Source of the DNA: Nitrospirales bacterium
GTDB taxonomy: Bacteria; Nitrospirota; Nitrospiria; Nitrospirales; UBA8639
Reading direction: 5' to 3'
Assembly: GCA_963422365.1 (NCBI GenBank)
Contig: OY729426.1
Span: 2,048,001-2,112,000 of the forward strand
Length of the DNA: 64,000 nt
Below the pieces are notes generated by a model that worked only from the letters and a program-made list of their open reading frames with translations, was not told where the DNA came from and ran no database searches. The position numbers were made by a program, and so were the translations under genes. Positions within the stretch are counted from its first letter, which is position 1; each line of letters begins with the position of its first letter. Positions 10,190 to 20,072 of this stretch are shown here, piece after piece.

Positions 10190-10708
10190 TCACTGTTGGA
10201 AATTGTCTGCATTCCAATCTGTCAATTGCAATTCCATCAGAATAGCATCCTCATCCGGGTTCATATAGTAGGACCGACGACGGCCATATTGCTGAAATCC
10301 CAATGCAGGATACAGCTTTTGCGCCAGAAAATTGCTTGCCCGGACTTCCAAGAGGGCCCGTGTCGTTCCTTGAGTGAGCCCTTCCTGGACGGCATGCCGA
10401 ACCAGATGACTTCCAATGCCTTGGTGTCGGCGGTCCGGACGCACCGCTAAGTTCATCAGTCGCAACTCGTCAAAGACCACCCAGTAACAGATATACCCCA
10501 GGATCTGCGTTGAGAGGCTTTTCTTATTTTTGCCAAATGCTCCGACGAACCGACCAAAGGGATTCCCCAGCAACTCCGCTTCAAACATTCCCCGAGTCCA
10601 AGGCTCTGAAAACGATTTTTGTTCAATAGCAAGGATATCGTCCAAATCCCGAGAGCCGAATGGGTGAATGTGCCAATCAACGCGGGATGAGATTCGGGTC
10701 ACCATCAT
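10190..10708 (-). CDS. rimI: Ribosomal protein alanine N-acetyltransferase
   Basis: IEQKSFSEPW, NLAVRP..RHQGIG, LEVRASN, YYMNPDEDAILM; follows tsaB. Confidence 0.9.
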   Translation of the reverse strand: MMVTRISSRVDWHIHPFGSRDLDDILAIEQKSFSEPWTRGMFEAELLGNPFGRFVGAFGKNKKSLSTQILGYICYWVVFDELRLMNLAVRPDRRHQGIGSHLVRHAVQEGLTQGTTRALLEVRASNFLAQKLYPALGFQQYGRRRSYYMNPDEDAILMELQLTDWNADNFQQ

Positions 10709-10715
10709 GCAACAA

Positions 10716-11417
10716 TCAGGGTGACACATGCCGTCTTTTGACGTCCCATTGAATTTCCGCCTCTGAACGTTGAACATAATGAGGCGAGATATAAGACCCT
10801 GCGAGTTTTCCGGTTTGAAAAGAGTCTAAACTCGCTAACCCAACATGGTAGGCAGACGGGTTCATCGACTCCGACGAACCGCAGATGACAAGATCTCCCA
10901 ACGCTTCCATCATCGCGCGCTGATGACGCAACCATCCTTCTCCAAACAGGACCGTAGGTTGGCGAATTGAATCCATCATATCCTGAATCGTACCAACCTG
11001 ATCGTCCAGTAACCGAACCACGTATCCGCCTTTCCATTGGAACTGTGCCCAATACACTTCATTGGTCCTCGCCACCAACAGGGGACACACGGGATGCGCG
11101 GAGGTTCGGTGATTCCATGCCATAGCTTCCAACGTCGGCACGGTGACAAGGGGCAACCCCGTGACGGCTCGGAATCCTACCATAGTCGAAAGGCCTACAC
11201 GCAAACCCGTAAAAGACCCTGGGCCTACAGAAACAGCAAGCCCCTCAACCACCGAGAGCGAGCACTGTAGCGAGGTCAGGAGGGTTTGAATAGCAGGAAC
11301 CAGCGAACTGGCGTGAGAGGAACAGTTTTCTTGATTCTTTTGAGCCAATAACACCGTCTCATCCATGAAAGCCACGCTTTGGCACCGTGTAGCGGTTTCA
11401 ACCGCAAGGATTTTCAT
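10716..11417 (-). CDS. tsaB: tRNA t6A biosynthesis protein TsaB
   Basis: ILAVETAT, VSVGPGSFTGLRVG, VPTLEAMA motifs. Confidence 0.93.
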   Translation of the reverse strand: MKILAVETATRCQSVAFMDETVLLAQKNQENCSSHASSLVPAIQTLLTSLQCSLSVVEGLAVSVGPGSFTGLRVGLSTMVGFRAVTGLPLVTVPTLEAMAWNHRTSAHPVCPLLVARTNEVYWAQFQWKGGYVVRLLDDQVGTIQDMMDSIRQPTVLFGEGWLRHQRAMMEALGDLVICGSSESMNPSAYHVGLASLDSFQTGKLAGSYISPHYVQRSEAEIQWDVKRRHVSP

Positions 11418-11462
11418 TTTTATTCCAAATATTCGTAGGGGCGGCCGGATAACCTGCCAGCA

Positions 11463-12302
11463 TCACCGAAGCTCAAACGGGGTCTCGGACAGTGGAACAT
11501 TGACGACAAGCTCAGAAAATTCGAATTTGATCGATCCTGAGGTTTTGTGGTCTTGAACCTCAACAAAAAAGGGCAGCTGAAGAGAACCCAATTGCCCATG
11601 CGATCCCTCTCGAACGTTTCGAAAATCCGAAGCGGTGAGGGTTGCCAGCATTTTTTCCTCAGCCGTGCGATATTCAATGGTTTGAATCCGAGCCGAATAC
11701 CGATCCACCCACACGTGTTGCAGACCACCAGACGAGTCATTCCAAGAATCCGCGAGAGACAGGGGCACGGTATATCGATAGGAGGTTTCCTCAACCTGAA
11801 CCTCGCGAAACTGATCTGCGGCCCATTGAATTTTTCCAAGGAGGACCTCTACCGCACGCAAACTTAATTGAACCGGAACGCGTAGGGTCCCAAGACGACG
11901 AAAATCATCCTGCACAGACCCGACCACGGGTTCCCTGTGTTCCGGCATGCGCAACGCATACGATGGTCCATGCAGCAAGAAATCAAAGGCCGTACCACCA
12001 AATCGAGTAAGCCCCTTAATGCGAATCGAGTGTGGTCGTTGGTAGAGCAGGATCCCTTGGATGCGTTGCGAAAAAAGCAAAAAGGGGCCTTGGATGTCAG
12101 CCTGAAACAATCCCTTTAAACTTGTAATATTCGCTTCACGGGCGTGGAGGGTCGCAAGAACTTCTTCGGGAGTCAACGCAGGTTCCAGCGCAACCGACGG
12201 TGAAGGAACACGACTGACACACGCGCCCAGGCTGAGGAACAGCACTCCGCCGGCAACCCACGTCAAGAAAGGGCTCTTGAGGGAAAACCAATACCAGCAC
12301 AC
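11463..12302 (-). CDS. Lipoprotein, LolB/DUF4292-like (tentative)
   Basis: Lipobox LGAC; beta-rich body with SLKGLFQADI and IRIKGLTRFG. Confidence 0.55.
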   Translation of the reverse strand: MCWYWFSLKSPFLTWVAGGVLFLSLGACVSRVPSPSVALEPALTPEEVLATLHAREANITSLKGLFQADIQGPFLLFSQRIQGILLYQRPHSIRIKGLTRFGGTAFDFLLHGPSYALRMPEHREPVVGSVQDDFRRLGTLRVPVQLSLRAVEVLLGKIQWAADQFREVQVEETSYRYTVPLSLADSWNDSSGGLQHVWVDRYSARIQTIEYRTAEEKMLATLTASDFRNVREGSHGQLGSLQLPFFVEVQDHKTSGSIKFEFSELVVNVPLSETPFELR

Positions 12303-12321
12303 GTGCGCCTCTAACCCACGA

Positions 12322-13704
12322 CTACGAAGCTGATGTCACCACGTGATCGAACACTTCACCGACTTCGTGAACCCCATAGAGTTCAATTCCCGGGTTACTC
12401 AAGTGTTTGGTCATATTCCCCTGAGGTAACACGCACCGTTGAAATCCTAATTTCATGGCTTCACGAATTCGCAAATCGACTTGACTGACTGGGCGAATCT
12501 CCCCTCCCAAGCCGACTTCCCCAATGCAGCACGTTTGACCATCAAGTGCATGGTCACGAAAACTGGATACGATGGCCGCAACGATTCCAACGTCAATCGC
12601 GGGTTCGTCGAGTCGAAGCCCTCCAACCACGTTGAGATACACGTCCTGTCCTGACAGATGTAAGCCTAATCGTTTTTCCAGCACGGCGAGCAGGAGAGCC
12701 ATCCGATTCAATTCCACGCCGTTCGCCATGCGCTTGGGTATCGCATACCCCGTTGCCATCACCAAGGCTTGCAGTTCAACCAAAATCGGGCGGCTCCCCT
12801 CCAGACTCGACACCACGACCGACCCCGTGTTTTTGGCAGGCCGTCCCGCCAAAAACAGTTCAGAGGGATTGGCCACCTCCTGCAACCCTCCGTCGTTCAT
12901 TTCAAACACGCCAATTTCATTGGTCGCCCCAAACCGATTCTTCACGGCCCGCAGAATCCGGTAGGCATGGCCCTTGTCACCTTCAAAATACAAGACGGTA
13001 TCGACAATATGCTCAAGCAGTTTGGGACCGGCAATCATTCCCTCTTTCGTCACATGCCCAATGACGAATACCGGCACTCCCGTTCGTTTAGCATACCACA
13101 TGAGTTGGCACGCCACTTCCTGCACCTGGCTGATCGTTCCGGGAGCAGACGCGACCTGTTCGGTAAAGACGGTCTGAACGGAATCCACGACCAGAGCTGT
13201 TGGGTGAAGGGTATTCGCGACTTTGAGCAAATCTTCAAGAGAGGTTTCCGTTAAGATATACAATGAGGAACTTAAGACTCCCAGACGATCCCCGCGCATT
13301 TTGATTTGTTGAGCAGATTCTTCACCCGTGACATAGAGTACCGGCGGATTTCGTTGTTCCAGCCCATGCAGGGCCTGGAGCAGCAAGGTGGTCTTTCCAA
13401 TGCCGGGGTCACCGCCAACCAAGACAATTGACCCAGGGACCACGCCGCCCCCCAGTACGCGATCGAACTCGGTTAACCCTATCGCAAAACGCATTTCCGT
13501 GGTGACGGCCACTTCCTTGATCGGCACCGCAGACTCCTTGTTGCCAATCGCCCTTTTTCCATGGGATTCGGTCCGACGCCCACAGGTACTGTCCTCTTTC
13601 AGAGAGTTCCACTGTCCACAATCCGGACAACGCCCTGCCCACCGTGGTGTTTGGCCTCCACAATCTTGGCAGACGAAAATCGTGCGAGATTTACCGGATT
13701 TCAT
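12322..13704 (-). CDS. radA: DNA repair protein RadA/Sms
   Basis: N-terminal C4 zinc finger, GDPGIGKTTL, KNRFG motif, Lon-like C-terminus. Confidence 0.96.
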   Translation of the reverse strand: MKSGKSRTIFVCQDCGGQTPRWAGRCPDCGQWNSLKEDSTCGRRTESHGKRAIGNKESAVPIKEVAVTTEMRFAIGLTEFDRVLGGGVVPGSIVLVGGDPGIGKTTLLLQALHGLEQRNPPVLYVTGEESAQQIKMRGDRLGVLSSSLYILTETSLEDLLKVANTLHPTALVVDSVQTVFTEQVASAPGTISQVQEVACQLMWYAKRTGVPVFVIGHVTKEGMIAGPKLLEHIVDTVLYFEGDKGHAYRILRAVKNRFGATNEIGVFEMNDGGLQEVANPSELFLAGRPAKNTGSVVVSSLEGSRPILVELQALVMATGYAIPKRMANGVELNRMALLLAVLEKRLGLHLSGQDVYLNVVGGLRLDEPAIDVGIVAAIVSSFRDHALDGQTCCIGEVGLGGEIRPVSQVDLRIREAMKLGFQRCVLPQGNMTKHLSNPGIELYGVHEVGEVFDHVVTSAS

Positions 13705-13737
13705 AAGACGTGTGCGCAGTCGATGACTCGTCGGTGG

Positions 13738-14640
13738 TTATAATTGTTTCCGGACTTCTTTCCATGAGCTTACGATCTTTACACGTCGTGGATATTTCTT
13801 TTTTTCTCTCGGATCGGGAAAGATCACTGTCTTGACTCGCTGTTTCACCAACGTGTGAGCAAATTCCCACGTTTGCCCAATGCCGGCTTCCAGATTATCC
13901 CACCCTCCCTCTCGTAACGTTTCCATAAACGCCAACAAGGCCTTGGCGTCTTGGGGAACCATTTTGGTGATCCCAACGGGAAAGTCGTGTCGTCTCAACC
14001 ATTCACGGGTTTCGTGCAGAGCCGTGCCTTGATGCTCATGCAAATACATCACGTTGTAATAAAATTCAGCCAACTTCGATAGCTCATGCGAAGCATTCTC
14101 CTGAGGCTTTCCCAAGGTCTCGAGGTTCGCGATAGCAGGAAGAATAGGCAGCGGACCCACGATCGAATCATCTTTTTGAAGAAGGGTAGAAAAATCCACC
14201 AATAAAATTGGGCGCCGGCGTTCCCAAGATGCCAGATTCCCTGTCCCTTTCACGGACTCAACACGCCGGCTGGATGCAACGGTGGCAACAATCTTGTGAT
14301 TGCCCCGCATGGGGATCTTAAATTCCAAAAAGGCTCGGCCATCTCCACCGGTGAGCGCCGTACCGGCATGCTGGCCCTGAACGGTAAAGGTGATGGTTTC
14401 TCCTCCCAAGCCGTTGTTGCCTAATAACCCTTTTTCAATCAATGTGGCCGTCAACATGACGGATGTCCCGGGTCGAGCCAGGACGTCCTCGACAATCAGG
14501 TGCCCCGTCACTGTATCCTGCGCCGTGGTCATGCCAGGAGTGAAAAGGAAGCCGATACAGGTCAACAAGACGAAGTGGAAGGGGAAAACACCGTTCACAA
14601 AAAAAATCCTAAAGAACGTCAAATCGTAGGCCTGCCACAC
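13738..14640 (-). CDS. Hypothetical exported protein, Ig-like domain plus HAD/App1-like domain (tentative); start uncertain
   Basis: Long ORF in operon orientation; hydrophobic N-terminus; ALTGGDGRA Ig-like strand; ILLVDFST. Confidence 0.55.
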   Translation of the reverse strand: MWQAYDLTFFRIFFVNGVFPFHFVLLTCIGFLFTPGMTTAQDTVTGHLIVEDVLARPGTSVMLTATLIEKGLLGNNGLGGETITFTVQGQHAGTALTGGDGRAFLEFKIPMRGNHKIVATVASSRRVESVKGTGNLASWERRRPILLVDFSTLLQKDDSIVGPLPILPAIANLETLGKPQENASHELSKLAEFYYNVMYLHEHQGTALHETREWLRRHDFPVGITKMVPQDAKALLAFMETLREGGWDNLEAGIGQTWEFAHTLVKQRVKTVIFPDPREKKKYPRRVKIVSSWKEVRKQL

Positions 14641-14758
14641 TTGAAACCGCTTTCACGGTGATACCGTAGCATGTCGATCTTGGGTAGATCCAGACAGGAT
14701 TTCTCACCCGGATACAAAAGGGGCAGGACTAGGATGTTGGCCCGATGGCAGTATTGAT

Positions 14759-15043
14759 CTAGCCGAGTTTCCGGTTCTGAAGCTCTTGGACATACACCTT
14801 CTGATACAGCACCTCCCATTCCGAGGAGCCTTCCGGAATATGGCGGGAGTAGGAGGTAAGGTGGGATCGGACTACCCGATGAATGTGCTCCTCGGTTTTC
14901 ATCGAGTCCGTCACAACGCGTTTAATTTCTTTCAATGCTTGAGCGGAAGCACCACGAAGCGTTCCTTCAGGCGTCCGTTGAAGGACCTGAAGAATCACAT
15001 GGGAAAGATGCGTGTACTTGTCGTCAGATAAGAGAGGGAACAT
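14759..15043 (-). CDS. DUF507 family protein
   Basis: LSDDKYTHLSH and SYSRHIPEGSSEWEVLYQK patterns. Confidence 0.8.
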   Translation of the reverse strand: MFPLLSDDKYTHLSHVILQVLQRTPEGTLRGASAQALKEIKRVVTDSMKTEEHIHRVVRSHLTSYSRHIPEGSSEWEVLYQKVYVQELQNRKLG

Positions 15044-15060
15044 GGCGACAGCCGTTGATC

Positions 15061-15342
15061 TTATAGAACCAACCCGCGCTCCTTGACCAACTTGTTTTTC
15101 ACCATCGTGAACATCCGTTGGTAATCCAATCGACCGCTTTCAAACTCTACGTCGTATTGTTGTAAGAGAACCTGAATTTCGGCATGAAGCAGGGCTTCCA
15201 CGGAAAGCTCACCAGTGATGGCTTTCCTGACGGCATCGATCAAACGCTTCTTCGACTCTGAAATCTCCAAAAGCCTTTGTTCCTCCAAGCGCTCAACAAC
15301 AGCCGTTGCCAGTAATCGAATGCGTTCTTCGGTCACTCGCAT
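15061..15342 (-). CDS. DUF507 family protein
   Basis: MRVTEERI and DYQRMFTMVKNKLVKERGLVL patterns. Confidence 0.8.
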   Translation of the reverse strand: MRVTEERIRLLATAVVERLEEQRLLEISESKKRLIDAVRKAITGELSVEALLHAEIQVLLQQYDVEFESGRLDYQRMFTMVKNKLVKERGLVL

Positions 15343-15346
15343 CGTG

Positions 15347-15736
15347 TTATGAAGAAACTTTTTCGACTTTCATCATCGTCGCGCCAACGGCTTCATGGAG
15401 CACTGTTGGGTCTCCAATCAATCGGCCAACGATGTTCACCCGATCAGCAGGGACAGGATCTTCGCCAATACTCATGGGGGTCCGCCCCCAAAAAACAGCT
15501 AGCATCCCACCAAGCCCCCAAAACGCGACGTCGCCCACTTTCACGTTCGTCGTCGCGGTTTCACGGTAGTCCTTGACTCCGGGAAGCTTGCAATAAAATT
15601 CCTCTCCCCATTGGTTCACCGTTGCTTCAACCGGCAAGACATCGTAGATATCCTGGGCCGTGCGCATAGGCTTTAACTCTGCTTCCAAAACAACGCCGCC
15701 AATCGTAATTTTAATCCGCTTCGGTTTTTCTTCCAT
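15347..15736 (-). CDS. Cyclophilin-like fold protein (DUF369-like)
   Basis: NQWGEEFY, VGDVAFW, FWGRTP, VNIVG motifs; AAGGAG upstream of ATG 15736. Confidence 0.8.
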   Translation of the reverse strand: MEEKPKRIKITIGGVVLEAELKPMRTAQDIYDVLPVEATVNQWGEEFYCKLPGVKDYRETATTNVKVGDVAFWGLGGMLAVFWGRTPMSIGEDPVPADRVNIVGRLIGDPTVLHEAVGATMMKVEKVSS

Positions 15737-15856
15737 ATCCGCTGTATCACTCCTTGCTCCATAAATGAGCACCCCATTTTCTTGAATTTTGTAGAAGCAA
15801 ACTGTAGCGTGTTTCAAAAAGCAAAATCAAGAATCAGGAGGCCGCATGATTCCGTC

Positions 15857-16618
15857 ATGCTTGAATGTTCGTTCATTTTTCTAAATGGTATTGGAGAAAC
15901 CACGGAACAACGTCTGTGGTCCAATGGCATGACCCACTGGCAGCAATTCCTGGAGACCTCCACTGCCTTGGGCATCAGTCCTACACGCAAAGCGCTTTAT
16001 GATCGTGAAGTTCAACAAGCGTGGGACGATTTTCGACGCGCGCAATGGCGCAAGGTGGCCAAGCGGTTCAAGGCAACCTATCATTGGCGACTGTTCGAAG
16101 CCTTTCGCACGCGGACAGTGTTCTTAGATATCGAAACCACTGGATACCCGGCCGGAGAAGGTGAGATCACCATGGTCGGTTTGTACGCCAATCACACGAT
16201 GACCACGCTGGTTCGTCACCAGAACTTGACCCTGGATCGCTTGCAGGAGGAACTGTCCAATTATGACCTGATCGTGACATTTTGGGGATCGGGGTTTGAT
16301 CTGCCGTATTTGCGGGCGAGCTACCCGCAATTGGATCTCACCCACGCCCATTTCGACACGTGTTTTGCGGCCAGGCGCTTAGGATTACGAGGCGGGTTAA
16401 AACACATCGAAGCCGAACTCGGACTGACTCGATCCGACGACCTTCAAGGCCTGCATGGCTGGGATGCCGTCAATCTGTGGCATACATGGCAAGCTGGAGA
16501 TGAGCAGGCTGGAGAGACTCTGACTGAGTACAATGAGGCGGACGTCAGAAATCTCGAACCACTTGCCGACTATCTGTATCAAGCCCTTCAGAACCGGCAC
16601 GGACCCGTTCACGATTGA
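15857..16618 (+). CDS. YprB-like RNase H-fold exonuclease
   Basis: N-terminal GIGETTEQRLW, FLDIETTG, FDLPYL, GGLKHIE, YNEADV acidic motifs. Confidence 0.85.
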   Translation: MLECSFIFLNGIGETTEQRLWSNGMTHWQQFLETSTALGISPTRKALYDREVQQAWDDFRRAQWRKVAKRFKATYHWRLFEAFRTRTVFLDIETTGYPAGEGEITMVGLYANHTMTTLVRHQNLTLDRLQEELSNYDLIVTFWGSGFDLPYLRASYPQLDLTHAHFDTCFAARRLGLRGGLKHIEAELGLTRSDDLQGLHGWDAVNLWHTWQAGDEQAGETLTEYNEADVRNLEPLADYLYQALQNRHGPVHD

Positions 16619-16620
16619 CC

Positions 16621-17541
16621 ATGGACCGCACTGCGCAATGGCATGGAGTCGGCGTGACGGACATCGGCTCCGTACGCCTCACGAACCAGGATGCCTTCCT
16701 AGTTTCAAATGAACTGGGGTTATGGATTGTTGCCGACGGCATGGGAGGGCATGCAGGAGGCGACGTCGCCAGCCAAAAAACCGTAGAAGCGATTCACGGC
16801 TATTTCACGGAACATGCAGACCAACGGCCAACGGCCAAGACCGAGGCAATCCCCTCTTTTTTGCAGTCGGCGATCATGCACGCCAACTTAACCGTTCGTG
16901 ACTATGCTAAAGCCAATCCCGAATTCACCGATATGGGAACAACCGTCGTCCTTCTCTTTTTGCCTTCACCCGCCTCCTCTGTCGCGTGGATCGCCCATGC
17001 AGGTGACAGCCGTGCCTATCTCATTCGCGATCAACGGGTTTCCCCATTGACCAGAGATCACACCGTGCTCGCAGAACGCATACAAAGAGGATTCCTGCCA
17101 AGCTCAACGCCGGCAAGTCACCCATTCGGGCACGTGCTCACCCGAGGCGTTGGAGTAAGCCCCACGGTCAAAACCGACGTCTCACAAATAAACCTTCAGC
17201 TAACAGATGAAGTTCTCTTATGTAGTGACGGCCTGAATAAAATGTTGGATGACGATCAAATTCTGGACACTCTGAAGGCGATGCGCACGCAGCCACCGGA
17301 AGAAAAATGTCAGGCACTCATCAAGCAAGCCAATGTTCGGGGAGGCCAAGACAATACGACCGTGATCTTGATCGCAACGGACAAGACCACAAGAACAACC
17401 CCTCAACCGACTACGCTACCTGGGGTGCCGAAACAAAAGAGGCTGTTCCGAACACAATCAACGTGGTCCGTAGCGAAGGAACCCACTCGAAACACATGCT
17501 CCGGCTACGGCGTTCTCCCCATGGTCTGGCACGTGATATAG
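16621..17541 (+). CDS. PP2C-family Ser/Thr protein phosphatase (Stp1/PrpC-like)
   Basis: VADGMGGHAGG, MGTT, HAGDSRAY, LCSDGL, GGQDNTT motifs. Confidence 0.93.
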   Translation: MDRTAQWHGVGVTDIGSVRLTNQDAFLVSNELGLWIVADGMGGHAGGDVASQKTVEAIHGYFTEHADQRPTAKTEAIPSFLQSAIMHANLTVRDYAKANPEFTDMGTTVVLLFLPSPASSVAWIAHAGDSRAYLIRDQRVSPLTRDHTVLAERIQRGFLPSSTPASHPFGHVLTRGVGVSPTVKTDVSQINLQLTDEVLLCSDGLNKMLDDDQILDTLKAMRTQPPEEKCQALIKQANVRGGQDNTTVILIATDKTTRTTPQPTTLPGVPKQKRLFRTQSTWSVAKEPTRNTCSGYGVLPMVWHVI

Positions 17542-17669
17542 GTGGCACAACTCCATTCATAGAATTGTACGACCAGCCACAGCATCAAAGGGATCGTAAT
17601 TGCCACAAGCATGGCAAAAAACAGGACGCGTACAGGAACAGGAAGTTTTGTTATAGGCAAGGAACCCAT
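17505..17669 (-). CDS. Candidate 54-aa single-pass membrane protein
   Basis: Hand-translated MGSLPITKLPVPVRVLFFAMLVAITIPLMLWLVVQFYEW...; starts 20 nt after the ribE stop; weak RBS. Confidence 0.3.
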   Translation of the reverse strand: MGSLPITKLPVPVRVLFFAMLVAITIPLMLWLVVQFYEWSCATYITCQTMGRTP

Positions 17670-17689
17670 CGATGCTCGTTGATCTTCCG

Positions 17690-18346
17690 TTATGTCAGTC
17701 CGTGTTTTTGTAGATAGTCTCGGTCGATGACTGGAGCCGCTTTTTTCGGCAACTTGCCGCTATGGTGAAGCAACCGCTCGACATATTTTCCAATCAAGTC
17801 CGACTCCAGATTGACGGCATCCCCAGACTGCTTGATCCCGAGTGTCGTGACGTGGGCCGTGTAGGGAATCATCGCCACGGTCACACCGTGCTCTAACACC
17901 GTATTGACCGTCAGACTCACACCATCCACGGTGATTGATCCTTTTTGAATGCAATACCGAAGAATGGGTTCCGGCACTTCGAACGTCAGCAGCAAGGTGT
18001 CGCCCGTTTGAGTTCGCTCTCGAAGGATGCCGGTTCCATCGACATGACCGGTCACGAGATGCCCCCCCATGCGGTCATTCAATTTCAAAGCCCGCTCCAG
18101 GTTCACCGCCGTCCCTACCCTGAGCATGTCCAACGTGGTGACGCTCAAGGTTTCTACTGATACATCAACCGAAAAATCCGTTTCACCAATATCAGAGGCC
18201 GTCAAGCAGGCCCCAGAGACATTCACGCTGTCACCAAGCCGAAGATCCTTGAGAATGGTACCCGCCAAAATCGACACGCGCGCACCGCCAAGTCCTCGCT
18301 CAAAGGATTTCACCACGCCCATTTCTTCGACAATCCCGCTAAACAT
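17690..18346 (-). CDS. ribE: Riboflavin synthase alpha chain
   Basis: MFSGIVEE start, GACLT, VNLERAL, GGHLVTGHVDG, DGVSLT motifs. Confidence 0.95.
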   Translation of the reverse strand: MFSGIVEEMGVVKSFERGLGGARVSILAGTILKDLRLGDSVNVSGACLTASDIGETDFSVDVSVETLSVTTLDMLRVGTAVNLERALKLNDRMGGHLVTGHVDGTGILRERTQTGDTLLLTFEVPEPILRYCIQKGSITVDGVSLTVNTVLEHGVTVAMIPYTAHVTTLGIKQSGDAVNLESDLIGKYVERLLHHSGKLPKKAAPVIDRDYLQKHGLT

Positions 18347-18351
18347 CTGAC

Positions 18352-18477
18352 TTAATCCTTATCGCCACTAAAAAAAACCATGCGAAACACAACAATAAAA
18401 ACCACGAGCAACACGACCACGCCAGCACCGGCCAACAAACCAATGATGACATCACCTGTTGTCATGCCTTCTTCCAT
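18352..18477 (-). CDS. 41-aa single-pass membrane protein
   Basis: Hand-translated MEEGMTTGDVIIGLLAGAGVVVLLVVFIVVFRMVFFSGDKD; AAAGGA upstream; stop 5 nt before the ribE start. Confidence 0.6.
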   Translation of the reverse strand: MEEGMTTGDVIIGLLAGAGVVVLLVVFIVVFRMVFFSGDKD

Positions 18478-18514
18478 GCCTGTCGATCCTTTCCGTCGAC
18501 GATCAGCGGCACGG

Positions 18515-18710
18515 TTAGAGAAGCTGAACGCCAGACCGCCGACTGTTCACCACTCAAAAACCTACCGCCGCAATCACTTGTAAGCATCCAATGAGGCCAA
18601 CATCTCAGTATAGCCGATTGCGGCTACGAGCACACCTGCCACGATCGGCCCGCTGGCATGCTCTCCATGATGGTGCCACGCAATCCCATGCCTGCCCCGA
18701 CATTGTCGGC
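18515..18710 (-). pseudogene. MFS transporter, C-terminal remnant
   Basis: GAGMGLRGTIM / HASGPIVAGVLVAAIGYTEM / GLIGCLQVIAAVGF across frameshifts and a stop. Confidence 0.6.
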
Positions 18711-18855
18711 TTTTTCTAGGATAACACACCAGAGGATGAGATAAAACGAGAGCACGGCTCATCAGAACGTCCCACCCCTGTGAAGATCCAACTCACGCAC
18801 GGTTTACTCGTGGGCATTGGTGATACCGGTCATCGTGGTTTTATGGCGGAAGGAA

Positions 18856-18883
18856 GGTCGGGTTAGTGGAACCTAACCCGACC
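18856..18883. repeat. REP-like hairpin or terminator
   Basis: GGTCGGGTTAG-tggaac-CTAACCCGACC, perfect 11-bp stem. Confidence 0.65.
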
Positions 18884-18903
18884 AGACGAGACTCATACGA
18901 GAC

Positions 18904-19474
18904 TCAAAGGAAGTGGATTGATATTTCACGCTGGAGACCAGGTGATTTTCATCGAACTTTATGACGACCGTGAGGGTTCGTTGCGTTTGAGATTGCGAGC
19001 CAGCACTGCTTGAAGCGCGTTGCGATCTGCTTTCACCGACGCCGGAGACTGTGCCAAATATGCCCAGAGAAAATGCCTGAGCTGACGAAGCACTCTGTCT
19101 CTGTCCCTGTCTCCTTGGGATGACCCTGATTGCGACGTCTCCGTGGCGATCTTGTCATAAATCCATGTGTCATTGCCATCCTTGTCCTGGGTAACGATGT
19201 TGGGCGATCCAAGCGCCGAGGCTATGTCCGCCTGCGACATACCTTCCTTAATGAAACTCTGAACCACACCCAGCGTCATTTTCCTTTCCTTCGTCGAACC
19301 AAGCTCCTGCTGATGCTCGGCCGCGGTTTTTTTGCGGCGGCTGTGTCGGCACGGGTGGGGTGGAGAGCGGCGCACACCCGATAACCAGGAAGAGAACGAC
19401 ACAGCCCCCTGGCAGACATTTCACTTTGATGGCTTCAAACACGATTTTTCCGCATGGCATGTAATTTGCGTCAT
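18904..19474 (-). pseudogene. SmpA/OmlA(BamE)-like lipoprotein, frameshifted
   Basis: Lipobox VIGC; GMSQADIASALGSPNIVT...TWIYDKI; C-terminal SQTQRTLTVVIKFDEN in another frame; shift at A7 run 19327-19333. Confidence 0.7.
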
Positions 19475-20072
19475 AATTTCTCCCTTTCAATAAACAGCCC
19501 TTTTTCGAGCTTGACAAAAAAGTCTTGGTGGAATTTCGCTTCCGTGATGGCCTCATGCGTCACGTCCGCGTTGAATCCGCTAGTGCTTGTTTCCGCCAAC
19601 CGAGCCGACAGGCGAACCCTGGTTTTCTCACCAAACGGCGTCAACGTCAGAGTGGCTTCAACCCTGGAATACGTCGATTCGGAGACGCTGAAGCCCATAC
19701 CAACGAAACCTTTGGCAAAAGCGGTTGCGAATCATCAATGTCTTTTTTGAACAGATTCCTTATGCGCCGACAACAATCCCAGATCGACATTGGCATTCTG
19801 AACGACACACCCGTCATCCTGCAAAACCGCTAACGCCACCGACATTATTTTGTTCTTATCGGCGTCATCCCACTCGCGGGGTTGCATCTTGCGGATCTGC
19901 AACTGCGTCAGTTGAGGCTTCTTTTTGGCGTCTTCCCTGGCTTGCTCATCACTGGCTTTGGCTGCCGCCATTGCACCCATCACAGCCTGGACGCAACCGC
20001 TCATGGTGACACCCACCATCGTCATAAAAGCCGCTACGGTGATGGAATACGGTAACCTTTTGCGTTGTTCAT
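19471..20072 (-). pseudogene. Uncharacterised lipoprotein, disrupted
   Basis: Lipobox MSGC; TQLQIRKMQPRE...VLQDDG...NVDLGLLSA; tandem TGA TGA at 19732-19737; frame resumes to FHQDFFVKLEKGLFIEREKL. Confidence 0.65.

Noticed and set aside
18844..18855. tggcggaag resembling a reverse-strand tRNA 3' end (att remnant)
   Set aside because: Match is too short, with no T-arm and no partner copy
19732..19737. In-frame TGA/TAG codons as selenocysteine or pyrrolysine recoding (also 42691)
   Set aside because: The same genes carry frameshifts, and no recoding signal or machinery is visible; decay is the simpler explanation
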